Notes under the pieces: model-generated
Databases searched by the model: none
What the model saw: the letters and a program-made list of their open reading frames with translations, nothing else
What the model was told of the DNA's origin: nothing
Program-made: the position numbers and the translations under genes
Source of the DNA: Paraspadella gotoi
Lineage: Eukaryota; Animalia; Chaetognatha
Reading direction: 5' to 3'
Assembly: GCA_051294375.1 (NCBI GenBank)
Contig: JBJCIZ010000224.1
Location: forward strand, 6,054 to 70,053
DNA length: 64,000 nucleotides
Part shown: one piece after another, positions 23,620 to 38,100 of the stretch
Numbering within the stretch: the stretch's first letter is position 1
How the letters are laid out: each line of letters starts with the position of its first letter

Positions 23620-25442
23620 GACGAGAGAGAGAGGAGAGACGAGAGAAGCGAGAGGGATGGGGGGAGGGAGAGAGAGCGGGAAGAGGATGAGAGGGTGAGA
23701 GAGAGAGAGGGGGGGAGGGGTGAGAGAGAGAGGGGGGAGATGGGAGAGGGAGGAGGAGGGAGAGGAGAGAGAAAGTAGAGCGAGGAGAGAAGCCGAGAGA
23801 GATGAGAGAGAGAGGAGAAGAGATGAGAAAGGAGAGAGAGAGAGAGAGAGGAGAGAGAGATGTGCGACAGCCAGACAGCCGAACTTGTAAGACAGAACGA
23901 GTCTGCAATCGGCGGGCGAAAACTCGAAGAAGTAGAAGAAGAAGAAGAAAAAGAAAAANNNNNNNNNNNNNNNNNNNNNNNNNAGAAAAAGAAAAAGAAA
24001 AAGAAAAAGAAGAAGAAGAAGAATTATTGTTAGTATTATTGATAATAATTAAATTAATATCTAGAAATTAGTGTATTTAATCCTTTCTTTTTCGTTGTAT
24101 TGAATTTATTACAGAATGGCAATTTTTTTTTCATCCAAAGCAGAATCATGTCCGTTTCTATGTTAAATTAAAATTAATTTTCCGAAAATCTCAAAATCAT
24201 CAAATTTTTTTGCCAGTTTAAACGAAATGATTATTAATATTTATTGATGAATAAATAAAATTTTTGGTTTGGTTTTAAAAAAAAAATTAATTCTGAAATT
24301 TCGAGAATTGAAGGAAAAAAAGTGAGTTTAATTCGAAGTGAGGAAAATTAGGGTAAGGAAGGGTAAGGTCGGGTATTTAATGGGAGGGGGGAGAGAATGT
24401 GACGCATGAGGGGATGGGTGACAAAGGGTGAAGCAAAAAAGAAAGGAAAAGAAAGAGAGAGATGGGAGATAAAAAAATATCGATAACAATGGTTCTCTTG
24501 AAATGAAGGAGAAACGAGGAAGCGGAGGAAGAGCGTGAAAGGATCGAGGAAAGACATAAAAGAATGAAACAAAGAAGAAGACGCGGAGGCAGAGAAAAGG
24601 AAAAAAAAGGAACGGCGGGAAAAAAGTGGAGGAAAAGGAATGAGATGAAAATTCGGAAAAGAAAAGGGAGGAAATCTTGGAGGAGAATCGTCGCGGGTTT
24701 AAAGAAGGAAAATAAGTGGAGGAAAGGAAAGGTTAAAAGGAAAAGAAAGAAGTGGCGGGAAAGAAAGGAGAGGGAAAAAAGAAAGGTTGAAAGAAAAAGA
24801 AAAGAAGTGGAGGAAAGGAAAGGAAGAGAGGAAAAGGAAAGGTTAATTGAAAAGAAAAAGAGTGGCGGGAAAGAAAAGGAGAGGGTAAAAAGAAAGGTTA
24901 AAAGGAAAAGAAAAGAAGTGGAGAAAAGGAAAGAAGAAAAAGAGGAAAGGAGGAAGGGCGAGAGAGAAATATTCCTTGGAGAAGACCGGAGATGGACTAG
25001 CGTTTAAAAATTAAACAGCAGGAAGAAAACAAAGAAGAAAAACACGAAGTTCTCTCGCGTAGGTTTAAAGGAATTCCTTCATAAATCAGGAGATGATCGT
25101 GAGGAAAGACGATAGAGAGAGAGAGGGCGGTGTGAGGGAGAGAGAGAGAGGGAGGGAGGTATAGGCAGGGAGAGAGGGAGAAATGAAAAAGAGAGGACAC
25201 GACTAGAACAAGGAGAGAGAAAAAAAAAACAGATTAAAAAGAAACTTGAGAAATGCTAAACGCCAAGAGAATCAAGAAGACACACAGAGAGAAATACAGA
25301 CAGACAGGCAGACAGTAGACCTACAGATAAGAAAGACAGTCAAACCTTCCGAAATTAGCAGTGCGAGAACGGAGGAGAGGACCCGACATAAAGACAGCCG
25401 AACCAGCGGTCTAAAGAAGTGAGAGTCGGAAGTGAGAGAGAG

Positions 25443-25505
<63 letters not shown>

Positions 25506-26004
25506 CATAGAGAAGAGAGAGCGCAGAAGGCAGTTGGAGCGAAGCGGCGGCGTCCAGCGATTCCCTCTAAGGCCTTGGGAGGGCAGGATTTACTGCCTCC
25601 GCGGTCACTGCCCTCGGCGATGGCGTCTTAGCGAAGGAAATAAAGGATTGGGAGACGAGAGGGAGAGAGAGAGAGGGAAGAGGGAGGAAGGATGGGAGGA
25701 GGGATGGAGAGTTGGGGAGGAAGGGAGAAGAGGGAAAGAGGGAAGGGGAGGAGGAAGGAAAAGCGATTAAAGGGTTGGGAAGAGGAAAGGAAGGAAAAGA
25801 AAGGAAGAGGGGGAGGGGAGGAGAGGAAGAGAAGAAAAGAAGAGAAGGAAAAAAGAAGAAGAAAGAAGAAAGGAAAGGGAACAAAGTTTGGGGGGAAAAC
25901 CGAGAACCGAATTTTAGTAGGAAAATAGAAGAGAAGGAGAGAAATTCAAATGATGAAGAAAAAGAAATAAAAATGAAGGATTAAAGGAAGAAAGAAAAAG
26001 AAAA

Positions 26005-26225
26005 TGAGAACGACTACATGACTACAATAACTTTTTTAGCCCGTGTATTTATGACCTTCACTGCAATCAAATCCGTCTTACATTCTATTTTAGGTTTAGG
26101 ATTTCCTGTAGGCGGCGCTTGCAGTCACTTGAATTGAGGTTTTTCTCTGTCTTAACAAAATAGCAACCAATTATTGGGAAATTAATATGCATTTTTAACG
26201 TAAGTGGGACAGACCGACGGACGGA
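26005..26225 (-). mobile_element. HINE member 2 (lacking both termini); same locus re-rendered at 50464-50716, rc at 55230-55485 and degraded at ~36400-36665
   Basis: catgactacaataactt...ttagc.cgt.ta.ttat...ctgcatcaaat...ggcgcttgcagtc...tgtcttaacaaaatagcaac...taacgtaagtgggacagaccgacggacg; diverged homologue of 11680-11868, ending in (GACC)n in the 50.7 kb copy. Confidence 0.65.
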
Positions 26226-27644
26226 AACTCTCCTCTCAAGATGTTGAATGTACATTGACGCAATCTCAATCGTTCTGCACATTCATCTCCTGAGGATACT
26301 TCAGCATCTCTCTCTTCTCAGGCACTGTCTAATAGAAAAAAAAAAAAAAAAAACAAAAAAAAAAAAAAAAACCAAAAATAATTTCAATTTAAAAAAAAAG
26401 TGAAAAGATTAAATACTTTGCAAGGCGTATTTTTTTTCCGCTCCCCTGAATTCTATAGACTGTGCGCTAACGACTGAGATGTTTCCAAAATAACAACGGT
26501 GTCATAAAGGGTCAAGATCAGACAAAATCTCCGATAATCTTCGTAATAAAAAGAAGAGGAAACAAAAGAATCAGAAAAAAAAGTTCTTTTCTTTTTTTTT
26601 TTTTCACTCGTTCTCTCCACGATTCCACCGGAAAAGGGAGGTAGGAAACAATGGGGGGGGGGGAGGGCCTTCGATGTATATTTGGCTTCAGCGGGTTCGG
26701 TCCGCCCGTCTGATTGACAGCAGAGGTCGTGACGCGGACGGAACGGTGCACGTCCCGGCCGCGGAAACATAATCAAAGGCCGCGGTTGAGAGAGACGTTA
26801 GCAGTCAAATATGGAGGAACCCGAGTATAACTTGTTGCGCAAAACGGCGGTTGTACGGTTAGCGTTGTGATCACTTGTCGCATGAAGTTAGAACAGACAG
26901 TTGCCACGACGTTTTGCATTTCTTTTCTGAAGCTGATACTGAACTGATTTCTGGCCAAGGAAGCGTTGCAAGGCGTTTCGAGGCGTTTGCAAGACGTTGC
27001 AATGACGATAAATCTTTCCGATAGTCGATCTTTTTTTTCTTTCGTCCCTCGAACGTTAAAGTCAGCGTGAACTAAAAAAAAACTGTTTATAAGCGATCGT
27101 GACATTCGCGTTCCTAACGATTGCAGTACATAGCGGTTGCCCACTGCTCTAAAATCGCCTCACGTCCAAGGCATCGACGGATTTTGCCACCTCTCACGTC
27201 TCTGAGCGATCACGCGCCGTCTCGAACTTTCTACTCAATGGTTGCCGACGTACGTGACACGTGACTGAACTTGAGCGACGGTCCTGCCTCTATTCATAGG
27301 ACGAGGGGCGTGTTGGCTTATTTCAAAACCGATCAGACGACGACGCACGAACGGAGATTTGCCGTTCTCTCACTGAGTTCCAATTGTTTGTCGTTGTTGG
27401 TTCATCCTCAAATCGTCAGTCGTCGTCGTCGTCTGTCCTCTGTCGCTGCGCCGTCATCATCGTCGTCGTCGCTAAGTTCTCGCCCTTACTGTCGGCTCTG
27501 AAGCGCCTCGATAAATGACGGCAGGTTTTTTACCGGAGTCATGCCTCATCCGCCGTTCCACCTCCAGGGGCAAGAGAGATCTAGACGGGTCGTCTACATA
27601 AAAGCTTTCCTGTAGGGAATAAAGGCTTCGCGCGCAGAAACGGT

Positions 27645-29185
27645 TCTCTAATTAATGGCGGCCCACAAGGGCCCTGTTGGCTGGCGGGCGTCTTTTGCCG
27701 GCTAATGGCGCCCATGAAAGCCGCTGGTTGGCTCTCGTTGGCGGCGTCTTTTAAATATAACTAATGGTGCCCAAACATATCTACTTAAGCTGCGCTGTTT
27801 CCTGTGTGGCGTCTTTTCCGCTTAGGCTGCCCCAAAAGTGCTAGTTGGCGAGGGCTAAGGCGTTCAGTCACGTGAAAGTTTACGCTACGAAAATTCTAAA
27901 AAGGTCCCAATTATGAACAACATAATATAACCTATCAAAGTGAACGACATGAGTTTAATTTTAAAAAAAATAAAAATTAAATTTTATTGTTTTTTTTTAA
28001 TTTTTTATTTGCCAGTAAGCCCTATATTTATATTATAGATATTCTATCCTTAATAAAAAAAAATCCGAAAAATTTTTCAAATAGGCCTTTTTCCTTAATT
28101 TGGATTGAGCAGGATTGAATTTCTCCTCTAATGACCAAAAATGTTTGATTAACACACCAGAAAATAAAAATAAATTATTTTGAAAAATTCTTGCTCTTCA
28201 TTAAGGAGTGGGTTTAAAAATTACAAAACAGAATATTTAATAGTATTAAAATATCGCTTATACTCTTTCAGCTTAAAATATAGTTTATTATCTCTTCTCT
28301 CTCCAATTTTTTTGACCTCTCTACCTTCTCTAATGAAGGAATCTTAAAAAAGAGTTATATATTTCTTTTTTATGCAAACTTTTTATGAAACGAATCTCCA
28401 AATCTGGCATAAAAAATATCCTTTAAGAAAAAAAACTGTTTTTAATAAAAAATTTTAAACATTTATTGGATTAGTACTTCAAGTACAAATACAATCAATT
28501 ATGGCCTAACGTACTGCGTAAATTGTAAAATTTATTTCATAAAATCTTCTTTGTTAATTACCATATAAATGTCTTTCATCAATATGATCGCTAGTATATC
28601 GATGTTGTTTCGTGTCTTGATCCTTCCAACCCTGTTTTAGAATTTTAATTTAAAGGTTAAGAAATCTTTGTAGGAGGAATTTTTACTAACGGCTTAAACG
28701 TGAGGGCTTCTCTCTTCTCCGATCGGCAGTCTTTTAACTAAATGGCGCTGGGACTAGCCGCTGCTTCAGGTGGCGTGCTTCGCTAATGTGGTTTTCGTCC
28801 CCTACTTACAGCGCTGTTGGCTGGTGGGCAGTCCTTTTACTATTGGTGCCTACTGCCGGCTTTCTGCTCTTGCCAGGTGTTGCTTGTCTTGTCTATATGT
28901 GTTGCCCAAAAGAGCCTGTTGGCTGAATGGCGTCTTTTTTAACTAATGGCGCCTACATAGCACCTTCTGTCTGTTTCCCAGTCAGTGGCGTCTTTCACCA
29001 TATCGCGGGGACAGACGCAAAAGAGTGCTGGTTGGCTGAGACTCTTTCCTCGTCTCTTACCTAATGGCGCCTACTAAATCGCCGCTGTTTCCAAATCGTT
29101 GCCGTCTTTTCGCTAGATGGCGCAGCCCCACCAATGCGCTGTTGGCTGGTCTGGCGTCACTTTTTCGCCTATGGCTCCCACAATA
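27645..29185. repeat. Degraded ~45-50-bp tandem repeat in two clusters (27645-27860, 28720-29185) separated by an AT-rich spacer
   Basis: Recurring ctaatggcgcc(t/c)ac...gc(g)ctgttggctgg...ggcgtctttt, about 14 noisy units. Confidence 0.75.
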
Positions 29186-29199
29186 TCTCTCCTCTCTGT

Positions 29200-32100
29200 C
29201 GGCGTGTTTTCCTATTCCGTATCTCCGAGAGCAGAGCGAGACTTGGACTCCATCCCCTTCTACCGCCCCTCATGTCTCTCTCCCCGTTTTCGACGATGCG
29301 AAACGTACTCGCTGCGGCGTCTCTGCGCACCATGCCCGACACCTTGCCTCTCCTCCCAACGGTCGACCCACCCTACCGCAGTCCGCATAAAAATTAATAA
29401 TAAAGTCGGTACACGCTCGCCTCCCTACCATATTCTGAGCTCTCATTCCTCCCTCCTTCTTCGACTTCGAACTTCGATTCGAGAGAGAGTTTAAATCTGG
29501 AGCAATATATTCGCTGTAATTCCAGCTTCTACAGTGTCCTTCGGTACTTTCACATTTTTGGTTCTGTCTTTTCTTCTTTCTCTCACTTCACACTCCATTT
29601 ATGTGGTCCTAGACTCTGCCGTTCTCTCTCTGTTGTCACTCATGCTTTATTCTTCCTCTCTACGCTTATTCTATCTCTTCTCCTCTTTCACTTTTTCTGC
29701 CCTTTTCCCTCGTTGTCCCTCTGTTTCCTCTTTCTGCCTTTTGTCGAGCAATGTTCTCCACGCTCGCGTGATTTGTCTCTCTCTTTCGACGATTCTTTGA
29801 ATAATTCCAATTCCAAGCCTCTCGAGTCAATCTATATTCATACTTGCATTGCTTTGTTTTTTTGCATTTTTTTTTCTCTTCTTCCTCTCACATCTTTCAC
29901 GGCCAGCTATTTTCGCAGTCCTTATTCGTTTTCTCTCCCTCTCCTCGCAACATTACGCTACCCTGTTGTCATCCTCTTCCTCTCTCGCTCCTTCCCTCCT
30001 CTCGCCTCGCCCACTTCCGGTTCTCTCCCTTTCATGCTGCCCCCGCTCCTCTCCCTCACTGACCAAACGCGCTTCGCAAATCGAACGCACATGGGAGATG
30101 AGAGAAGCAAGAGCGAGGGAACGTAAGGATTCTCAATCCGGTCCTTCTTTCTCCTTCTCTTTTTTTTTCTACTTGACTTCTCAATCATCTCTACGAGATA
30201 TCTCCGTCTTAGAGCATGTAACGATGTTATAATATATTGTCCGAGTCGCGAAGCCGGCATGCATCCTCTCTCTCTCTATTACCTTCTCTTTACTGATGTC
30301 ACGTGTAATTCTCTGTGCGTTGTGGGTCTCTCTCTGCTTCTCTCCGTCCGCAGGGCTGGCTCCGCACGCCATGTCCGTTTTGGATCGCAGCAAATGCAAG
30401 CTAGAGGAGAAGCTAATAACGCTACCCCTAAGCGGTCCATGGAGTTGGCAAGGAGCCCTGGAACAGGCAATCACCGTCGAGAGATATTGAGAAGAATCAT
30501 TTAAACTATATAAAAAAAAAAGAAGACACACAAACTAGAATCGAAGGACGACGGAGCAGACGAGAAGGAGCCAACCACTTCTCTAGCTATATCTTCACAC
30601 GCATCTACGTCCTACAGGACAGACGAATCGCGGCGAGAGAGAGAGCGAGACAGAAGAGCGAGCGAAAAGACAGAGAGCGGACTCCAGTTTGCCTGGCGAG
30701 AAGGGGGGGACAAACGAGGGGGCGTGTTTTTGCTTCGTGGGCGTGGCGCACATCCGGGGATAGAGAGTGAGGGGGAGACGGGTTGTCCGCGCCGGCACAG
30801 ACTTTTTGAGAGAGAGATTCTGAGGAAGACGCGTTGGCGTATCGTGGTGGGGGCGAGTAATTGGATCTGGTAGAGTTGTCAGTTCAATGACATCGTTTGG
30901 CGTAGAGAAAGGACGGAGCAGTCGTGGCCCGAAATACGTACCGAGCACGCGATTGTTCACATTACGAGAGCACCGGTCAGGCGAGGACGCTAGAAGCGTT
31001 TCATGTGAAACTTTTATCCGCTTGGCGAGGTCGAGGACGCGGGCCGGCTATTCGTTGCCACCGGCGACAGTATTTAATTATGTCTTTTAGAGCTGTATTG
31101 CTTGTCTTGAGAAATTCTGTTTTTTTAAGAGAACCTTGTTTTTAACGTTTGTTGTAACCGCGCCCATAAACTTTGTAAAGGCGAATGAATTTACGGGATC
31201 GCGTTTTATTTTCGATAGTTAGAAATAAATACGAGCGTGCGCGACGACGTATGAACTGCAGGACGAACCGACGACGGCATGAGAACGTTACGACCGTATC
31301 GTATCCGAATTCCTACGAACCGGGCCACCGAGAGACGACGACGACGAGGACGAAAGCCGCCGAACAATTTAGGGTTATTTTAGATACAAGATCAAACATT
31401 TGAAACGGAGGCTGGAACGACAAAACGCACAACGAAAGCGACCCTTAGCGATCTCGCTTTGCGGCGCCGCGGACGTTGCCGGCGTGCGAGGGCGTCTCTG
31501 CAGCCGAGGTGTTAGCGAAGATTGTTCGAAAGACGGTCACGCAGAGTTGTGAGAGAATTCCTGAGTGTTGTAGAGATGTGCTTTACTTTTGATAAATCCG
31601 CGGCTTTTCACTTGATACCGTGCGAGTTTAATTCGCGCTAGGGACCGAGAGAAACAAGGCCAAGCGGGGAGAAGAGGACTGATGCTGGGGTTGATATAAT
31701 AAAGAAGACTAGAACTAAATAATCGTGTCTCTCGCCTTCCCTTTCTCTCTCGCCGAAATTAACCGAGTCGCGGCGCGGAGGAGATGCGACCGGCGAAATG
31801 TTGCGAGGGGCAAAAGATAGCAGAGATACGCAGAGATGATTGAACGAGTAAGGCAGAGGACGCATGATGTAGATGGGAGAAGATCGTAGCAGAGAAAAAG
31901 ATTGCAGCACGTCAGAGAGCAGGATTCCGGATGAGTACGGAGATAGAGCAGAGAAGCGACGACGAGAAAGAGAGAGAGGCCATTCGAAAGAGAGTAGAGA
32001 AAAAGGACGACGAAGGCGACGCCGAGCGCCCGAGGAGGATTATGTAGAACGGAACACCGAAGAGCTTGAGAGCATCTCCGATATACACGGAGAACGAGGA

Positions 32101-35100
32101 GAGAAGGAAAAAATAAAAGAAAAATGGTCCTAGAGGACGAGACTTGTAAGCTTTCGGGTCGATCGAAAAAAAGAAAAAAAATGGAGGAAAACGGCTGTAG
32201 GAAAGATATTATATTACTAATATGATAACGAATATTAGAACATTATTATATTAATTGATTAATTAATTTAACAAGACATACTTATTATCACGACCATCGT
32301 TCGAACACATTTAATAAATTCGATTACGTAAGCATTCTTGTTGTGGATTTTTTTCATATAGTTCGAGCACGATGGCATTTCACTGTGGAGCTCGGCGTCC
32401 TATCGCCAGGTAGCTCTCGCCCTCCTCGCTCACCTCTCCACAAATCAGAGTCTCGCCCGATTGATCGAGCTTTCCGGCGGCGCATCTGAGTTGGTCGCGG
32501 AGCTGAAGCAGGTTGCAGAAGGGAAGATTTTCCGGATTACAACCCTCGGATGGCCGGGTCAATGTGTGCCCTGATGGTGTTGATGCAGGGAAACGAGGTT
32601 CGTACGACCATGGGATTTCAAAAAAGAGGCTAAGGTCTCTTCCAATAAAGAGATTCAAAGTGAATCAAGCCCCAATCGCCACTCGAGCTAGTTCATACTC
32701 TTACTCTGCTTGGGATAGCTTGTCGCAACAGTATCGGCAAAGAGGGTTCCAAATGACGCCCAAGTTTATGGTCCTCCCCAGATTTTTTTTCTTTGATACA
32801 GCTGGTGGAGTGCTTGGTGTTCCTGCCACTCAAGTTGATATGTACAGGCCCAAGGGTGATTTGTCACTCGGTCCATAGATGATGATTCAAAGGGGCCTTC
32901 TCAAGTCTGGAGTGGAGGTCTGCATTCTGCACTGGGGTTTACCCGCCGAGTGTGCCCAGAGCTGTGGGTGAACTCAGCCAGCTGGTTTCTTTGTTGTGTG
33001 GCCTCTAAGAGGGGCCTGCCACAGGAAATTTGGCGGGCTTCGAGTTGCTCCCTACGTGATGCTGGCTCGCGAGAATTCCAACCCACCTTAGCAGAAGATC
33101 AGGCGCAGAACAAAGAGGGAAAGGGAGGCTCATCAGAAGATTCTGTTCCCTCTGGAAAAAGAATTTCCGCATGGGTCTGGTAAAATAAAGTAGACAGGTT
33201 TGCTGCCTAAATCTGAATGAAAGCGCCTGAGTTTAAGCAGCAAATTAGAAGGGCCTAACAGGCGATTGACCATAGAAATTGGTTTTGAACCCGCGTTATT
33301 GAAAAACAAGATTTTGAACAAAATGCTGCTTAAGAAAAAAAAAACTAAAAAGTTTTTTGAAAAGAGATCTTAACAGATGAAAGAATTAAGAAGGTATAAA
33401 AGATTAAGCTTGACCTGCAAAGTGCAAGAATTGAGAATGCCTGTGAAGGGGCCCATAGATACATGAACAAGAATTACCCCTCTTTGAGATCCTCCTCAGC
33501 AGCCTAACACAGGAATATGGTTTTTGCAGACTGGAACGTCGAAAGGGCAAGCATTCCTTCCGTGATTGATGCTTTTTGCTTCCAATGGAGGTGATGGCTG
33601 GCTGCTGAACAAAAGCAGTAGAGAAGAATTCATGTTAAAGGAGAAACAATCGATTTCAAAGCTCCTTCACCAGTCAGGTGCTTATTAGCTCTTCTGAATC
33701 CTTCCTGGCAGGGGTTTGTGGTTTCTCCTATTAAATCCAATACCTCTTCCTTTTGGTTTCAGCCGCGCAAGCAAAACCCCAGGAATTGGGCGCAGCCTTC
33801 CTCCCGGTCCCTCAACTTTGCCCAGGAATATGCCCTGCTGCATATGGCTTTGGTGGCAGCACTCTCTCCTCTGCAGCGTTAAAGCGTCCATGCCCTCAAG
33901 AAGCAGAAAAAAAATGGGGCAGTGCACACCAGCTAGGTTGTGCAACCTTTTCTTGAGGGAATTCCGCTTAAAACACGTTGAGACAAGTGTTCAAGGGCAT
34001 GATCACTGGGCATGGATAAGTTTTTTGAGTTGTCTTGGAGTGGACCAGGGAAGGCGGCCAATATGGCCAATACAAGGAATTTAAGAAAGAATGCATGCTA
34101 ATTGGTGATGAAGCTCCTGGGAGCGCTTCGCGGAAGACAAGATTGCCGTGAACAGATTGGGGCTACAGAGAAATGTACAGCTTTGATAAATTGGAAAAAG
34201 AGGCTTTTCTGATGAGGGGGAGTAATTTTCAAATTTCTCCCTCCTTCTGACCTACTCGACATCTGGTCTGCGCGATCAAATTTTGTTGGTGCAATCTCCA
34301 ATTCGGAATTGGCAACGGGTGCATCGTCCTTTCTAACAATATTCAATTGATAAGGAAATAATACGAACAGGAAAGGAGTTTGAACTGCCTCCAACTTGAC
34401 GTCCTGCGGAGAATAAATGCCGAAAGACCGCGTCCCCTTATAGAGAAGCCTTGGAAGAAAAATCACCAAGAAATGACGGTACGGGTTGAAATAGTATAGG
34501 GGTGTTTTGCTTGCTTTTTATTATTTCCTTTTTTTCATGACAGTACGGCGCGGTAATTTTTTGGAGTCGGATTTCGGGAAATCCCGTACACTTTGTTGCT
34601 GTCAGAGAGAGGTGAGCTAGAGATACAGAACCAAAGCCCCAAATAAGAATGCACAAGGGACCGAGGAAGGAGCTGCTAGCATAGTAATACAAAGAATGTT
34701 ACAAATGATCAAAACAAACAAACAAAAGAAAAATAACGAAAAAAAGAAAAAAAATGGTTCGTTTTAGTCGAGAGCGCGAAGGTCACGAGACGAGTTAGTC
34801 ATACTACGGCAAGAAATGCCACATCTCATCATAAGTTCCACAAGGCTCAAGCATTTGTTCTGGTCTGGCAGTATAGAGCTGCTAATACCAGGTATGTTGG
34901 CTGAAGTCAGGGATTATATTTAACGTAACGCCAACTGTACGGTGATATGCGAGCTGCTCATTTGTAAAAGACAAGCAGAACAAGTAGCAAGTCAGAACCG
35001 AAACAGTTTGGAGAAACGATTCAACAGGCAATAAATCCCTAGCAACATTAATCTGTTTTGACAAAACGATAAGACGACTTATTAACTGGAGAGATATCCA

Positions 35101-38100
35101 AAAAGACTAATTACCTGCATAAGTGGCAAAACGAAGGACTTAGCTCGTGTGAATTTAGATGTATCCACGAAGAAATTACTGTAAACTAGAGTGAAGCCAC
35201 AATACTTGAGTCTGGCGCAAACGCGAATCTGGCGAATTCCGTTCTGATGGTTGTTTCTCTTGTTCAAATTGGGTTTATCTCAAAATTCTGTGTCTGAACG
35301 AGTTTCTCTTAAACTAGAAATTTATCACGGTCCTGTAGAAATGGACAATTGAGGCAAAATGGCTACATGTCAGATCGATGACGGACGAATCCCTTGATGC
35401 TGCTGGCGGCAGCAACGGAGTTGAGCGACATTCTGTTCGACATCGTCATATGGATTTTTGCTCTAAGAAGATCTCGAGGCGAGAAGAGGAGAGAGGATGA
35501 GCCACGTGGTAGACGTCGCAAAGACAAAGAAGGGATGTCGGAGAGGCGGCACCGAATTCAGATCGTGAGGCGAGGAAACCGCACAATAGACGAAGACAAC
35601 CGACACTAACGCGAGAGACTGACTCCAGTGTGACTAGGGTTTTGCGACTGAGCGCTCAATCGCAAAATTCGATAACCAAACGGGACTTTCGCACCTCATA
35701 TACATAAGCTCCACGAGAATATTTAAAGAGAGATAACTTATGAGCCTGTGCGTGTAACTGAAAGACCCACAAAAAAGTCAGTCAGCAAAGGGCAATTGAT
35801 ATGCTTTCAGTAGCAATTAGAATGCGTTTACACAGATCTTTAGAGTCTTATGTCTGCAGTAAACAAATTAATATTTAAAGTATATAATGATCCGTAGCGG
35901 GTAAGTTAAACTTATTATGGCGAAGGAGGTTCAATCTCGATGAGTACAAGTTGTTTTAAACTTGCGAACTCTGTTGCCTGTAAGTAATATAATGGCAGCA
36001 TTCGTTGGATCTCTGACTAAGTAACCTGCTTAGTGCTTCGTCTAACTTTTATTATAGTAGTTCTGGAAAAAGAAGGATCGAGTTGGAGAGTAATGGAGCA
36101 TGCCATCTCCTTTTTCCCTTTTGTGAATTTCTCCTGAAGCGAGCATCTTCTTTCTAAAGTCTCCATCTAATGCGTTGGAGGAGAGTCATTCACTGCATAG
36201 TCGCTTGCGCACTCTTTAGATACTCTCTTCTTCGCGAAATACTCTCTTTCATTTCTCCACTTTTCACGTCGGTCGGAAGCGTGGAGGAGAAGGAGGATCA
36301 GCGGTCGGGGTGCAGTTTCTTTGGTAATTGTTTCGACTCTGTCGTCTCTCTTGTCTTCTAGGACATATCGCATTAAATAATATGGCTGCTAATATTTTAA
36401 ATACATTCGCTGACGAAATAATGGTTGCTGATTTTTTGTTAAGGGATACAGTACGTGGAATAAACCCTCAAGTTTCAAGTGACCTGACGCATAGACGTCC
36501 AGTACCTACCCAGGAATCCTAAACCTAAATGAAATGGTCAAGAAGGAGGAATCCTTGGTATGATGCACAACTACCGTTAAGGATCAAGAATAATAAATAA
36601 AGATTCAACGTAGAGCGTATTTCCGGCATAAAAGTTTCACTTTGTAATCATGTAGTCGTTCTCGGAGTGGTCCCTATCATGAAAGTTTGTGCTTTTATTC
36701 CTTCCTTCCTGTATAAATGAGATTTGATCTGTGATCATGGGTGTCCATTTTTATTTTCCTTTTTCGTTATCATTCTTAGTCAAATGCATCGAAATATTTC
36801 TCATGGACTAACTTTCACAACCTCTAATATTAATTATAATCCCTATCCAAAATTCGGTTCTCGGTTTTTCCCCCCTGGCCGCCCTATATGTGGTGCTCTC
36901 CCTGCTCTTTCTTCTTTTCTTTCTTGCCCTCTTTCTTTCCATTCTCTTCTTTTCTTCTCGTTCCTCTCCTCCCCTCGGCCCTCTTCCTTTCTTTTCTTCC
37001 TTTATCCTCTCCCAACCTTTAATCGCCTCTTTCGGCGCTCAGATTCCTGTACACTAATTCTCAAAACCCTACCCTTACCCTCTTTCCTCTTCTACGATTT
37101 GGAAGAGAGTATCCTGTAACCTCTCCCTCCAGCTTCTTTCTGCTCGTATGCGACTCCCTGCCGCTTATCACGAACATCCCAAGCTCGCGCGATATGGTGC
37201 ACTCGCAGATAGCTTCTTATGACTTCTCCCTTTCCTCCGCGTCTTCACTCCACTCTCTCAATCTCATACCACTAAGTGCCGCCTCCAGCTGTATTCCGTC
37301 GTCACGCCCTTCAACCTCCTTTTATTTCCTTCGCTAAGACGCCATCCGGCCAGGCAGTGTTGTGATCCCACGGCGGCGGAGCCAGATTGTAGAGGAGACA
37401 TAGTCCCGTGCGCTGACAACGCTCCAGTGAAGACCCCAATGCGGTCTCGTTAGAGGGCGATTGGAGATCCGTCTAGGGCCACGCCGCCGATTCGCCCACA
37501 CTGCTTCGCCGTCTCTCTCTCTCTCTCAGCCTCTCTCTACCTCTCTCTCTCTCTGCGTCTCTCTCTCCTCATCTTCTCTCTCTCTCCTCATCTCCTTCTC
37601 GTTCTTTACCGGTCCGACTCTCAACTTCGAGCTCTCACGCTTCTTTTTAGAGACCCGCTTGGATTAGGCGTCCTCCCCTTCTCCTGTCTTTTAATCGTCG
37701 CGCGGGTCCATCTCCTCCCGTTCCCGCCACTTGATAAATGTTTTCTGTGATAGGATGTCTGAACAGTCTTTATTTCAAAACTACTCAGGTCTACTGTCTG
37801 CCTGTCCCTGTCTGTATTTTCCTCTCTGTGTGTCTCCTGTTGAGACATCTACTGAGCGGTAAAGATGAGCAATTTCTCAAGCGTTGTCCTTTTACAAGCT
37901 GTTTTTGTCTCTCTTCGACTCTCATCCGGCTCTGTGATCTAGAGCTGTCGTGTCCTCTTCTTTATACCATTTGCGTCTCTCCGTCATCTTTCTGGGCTGC
38001 GCGACAACCTCCCCTCCCTCTCCTCTCTCTGTCCCCCTCACTCCATGAGAAGGAATCATCGCGGCGCGCTCCGAATCTCTCTCTATTCTCCTTTTATCCT

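Larger units (their letters stand above)
22893..26225 (+). repeat. Block E+A, forward copy (E ~22893-23513, A ~23514-26225)
   Basis: A is near-identical to 47960-50680. E+A is the reverse complement of ~55265-58540. Confidence 0.92.

Noticed and set aside
25515-25640. GC-rich island in block A as an exon
   Set aside because: No convincing donor/acceptor pair and no recognisable peptide in any frame; left uncalled.
27645-29185. CRISPR-like repeat/spacer pattern
   Set aside because: The sequence between motifs is a degenerate version of the same unit, consistent with read noise.
32300-34690. Possible foreign, viral or retroelement insert with balanced composition
   Set aside because: Only short ORFs with no recognisable RT, integrase or transposase motif; it lies inside a raw read at the position of the poor-quality 53.7-54.2 kb segment. 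A database search would be needed to exclude it fully.
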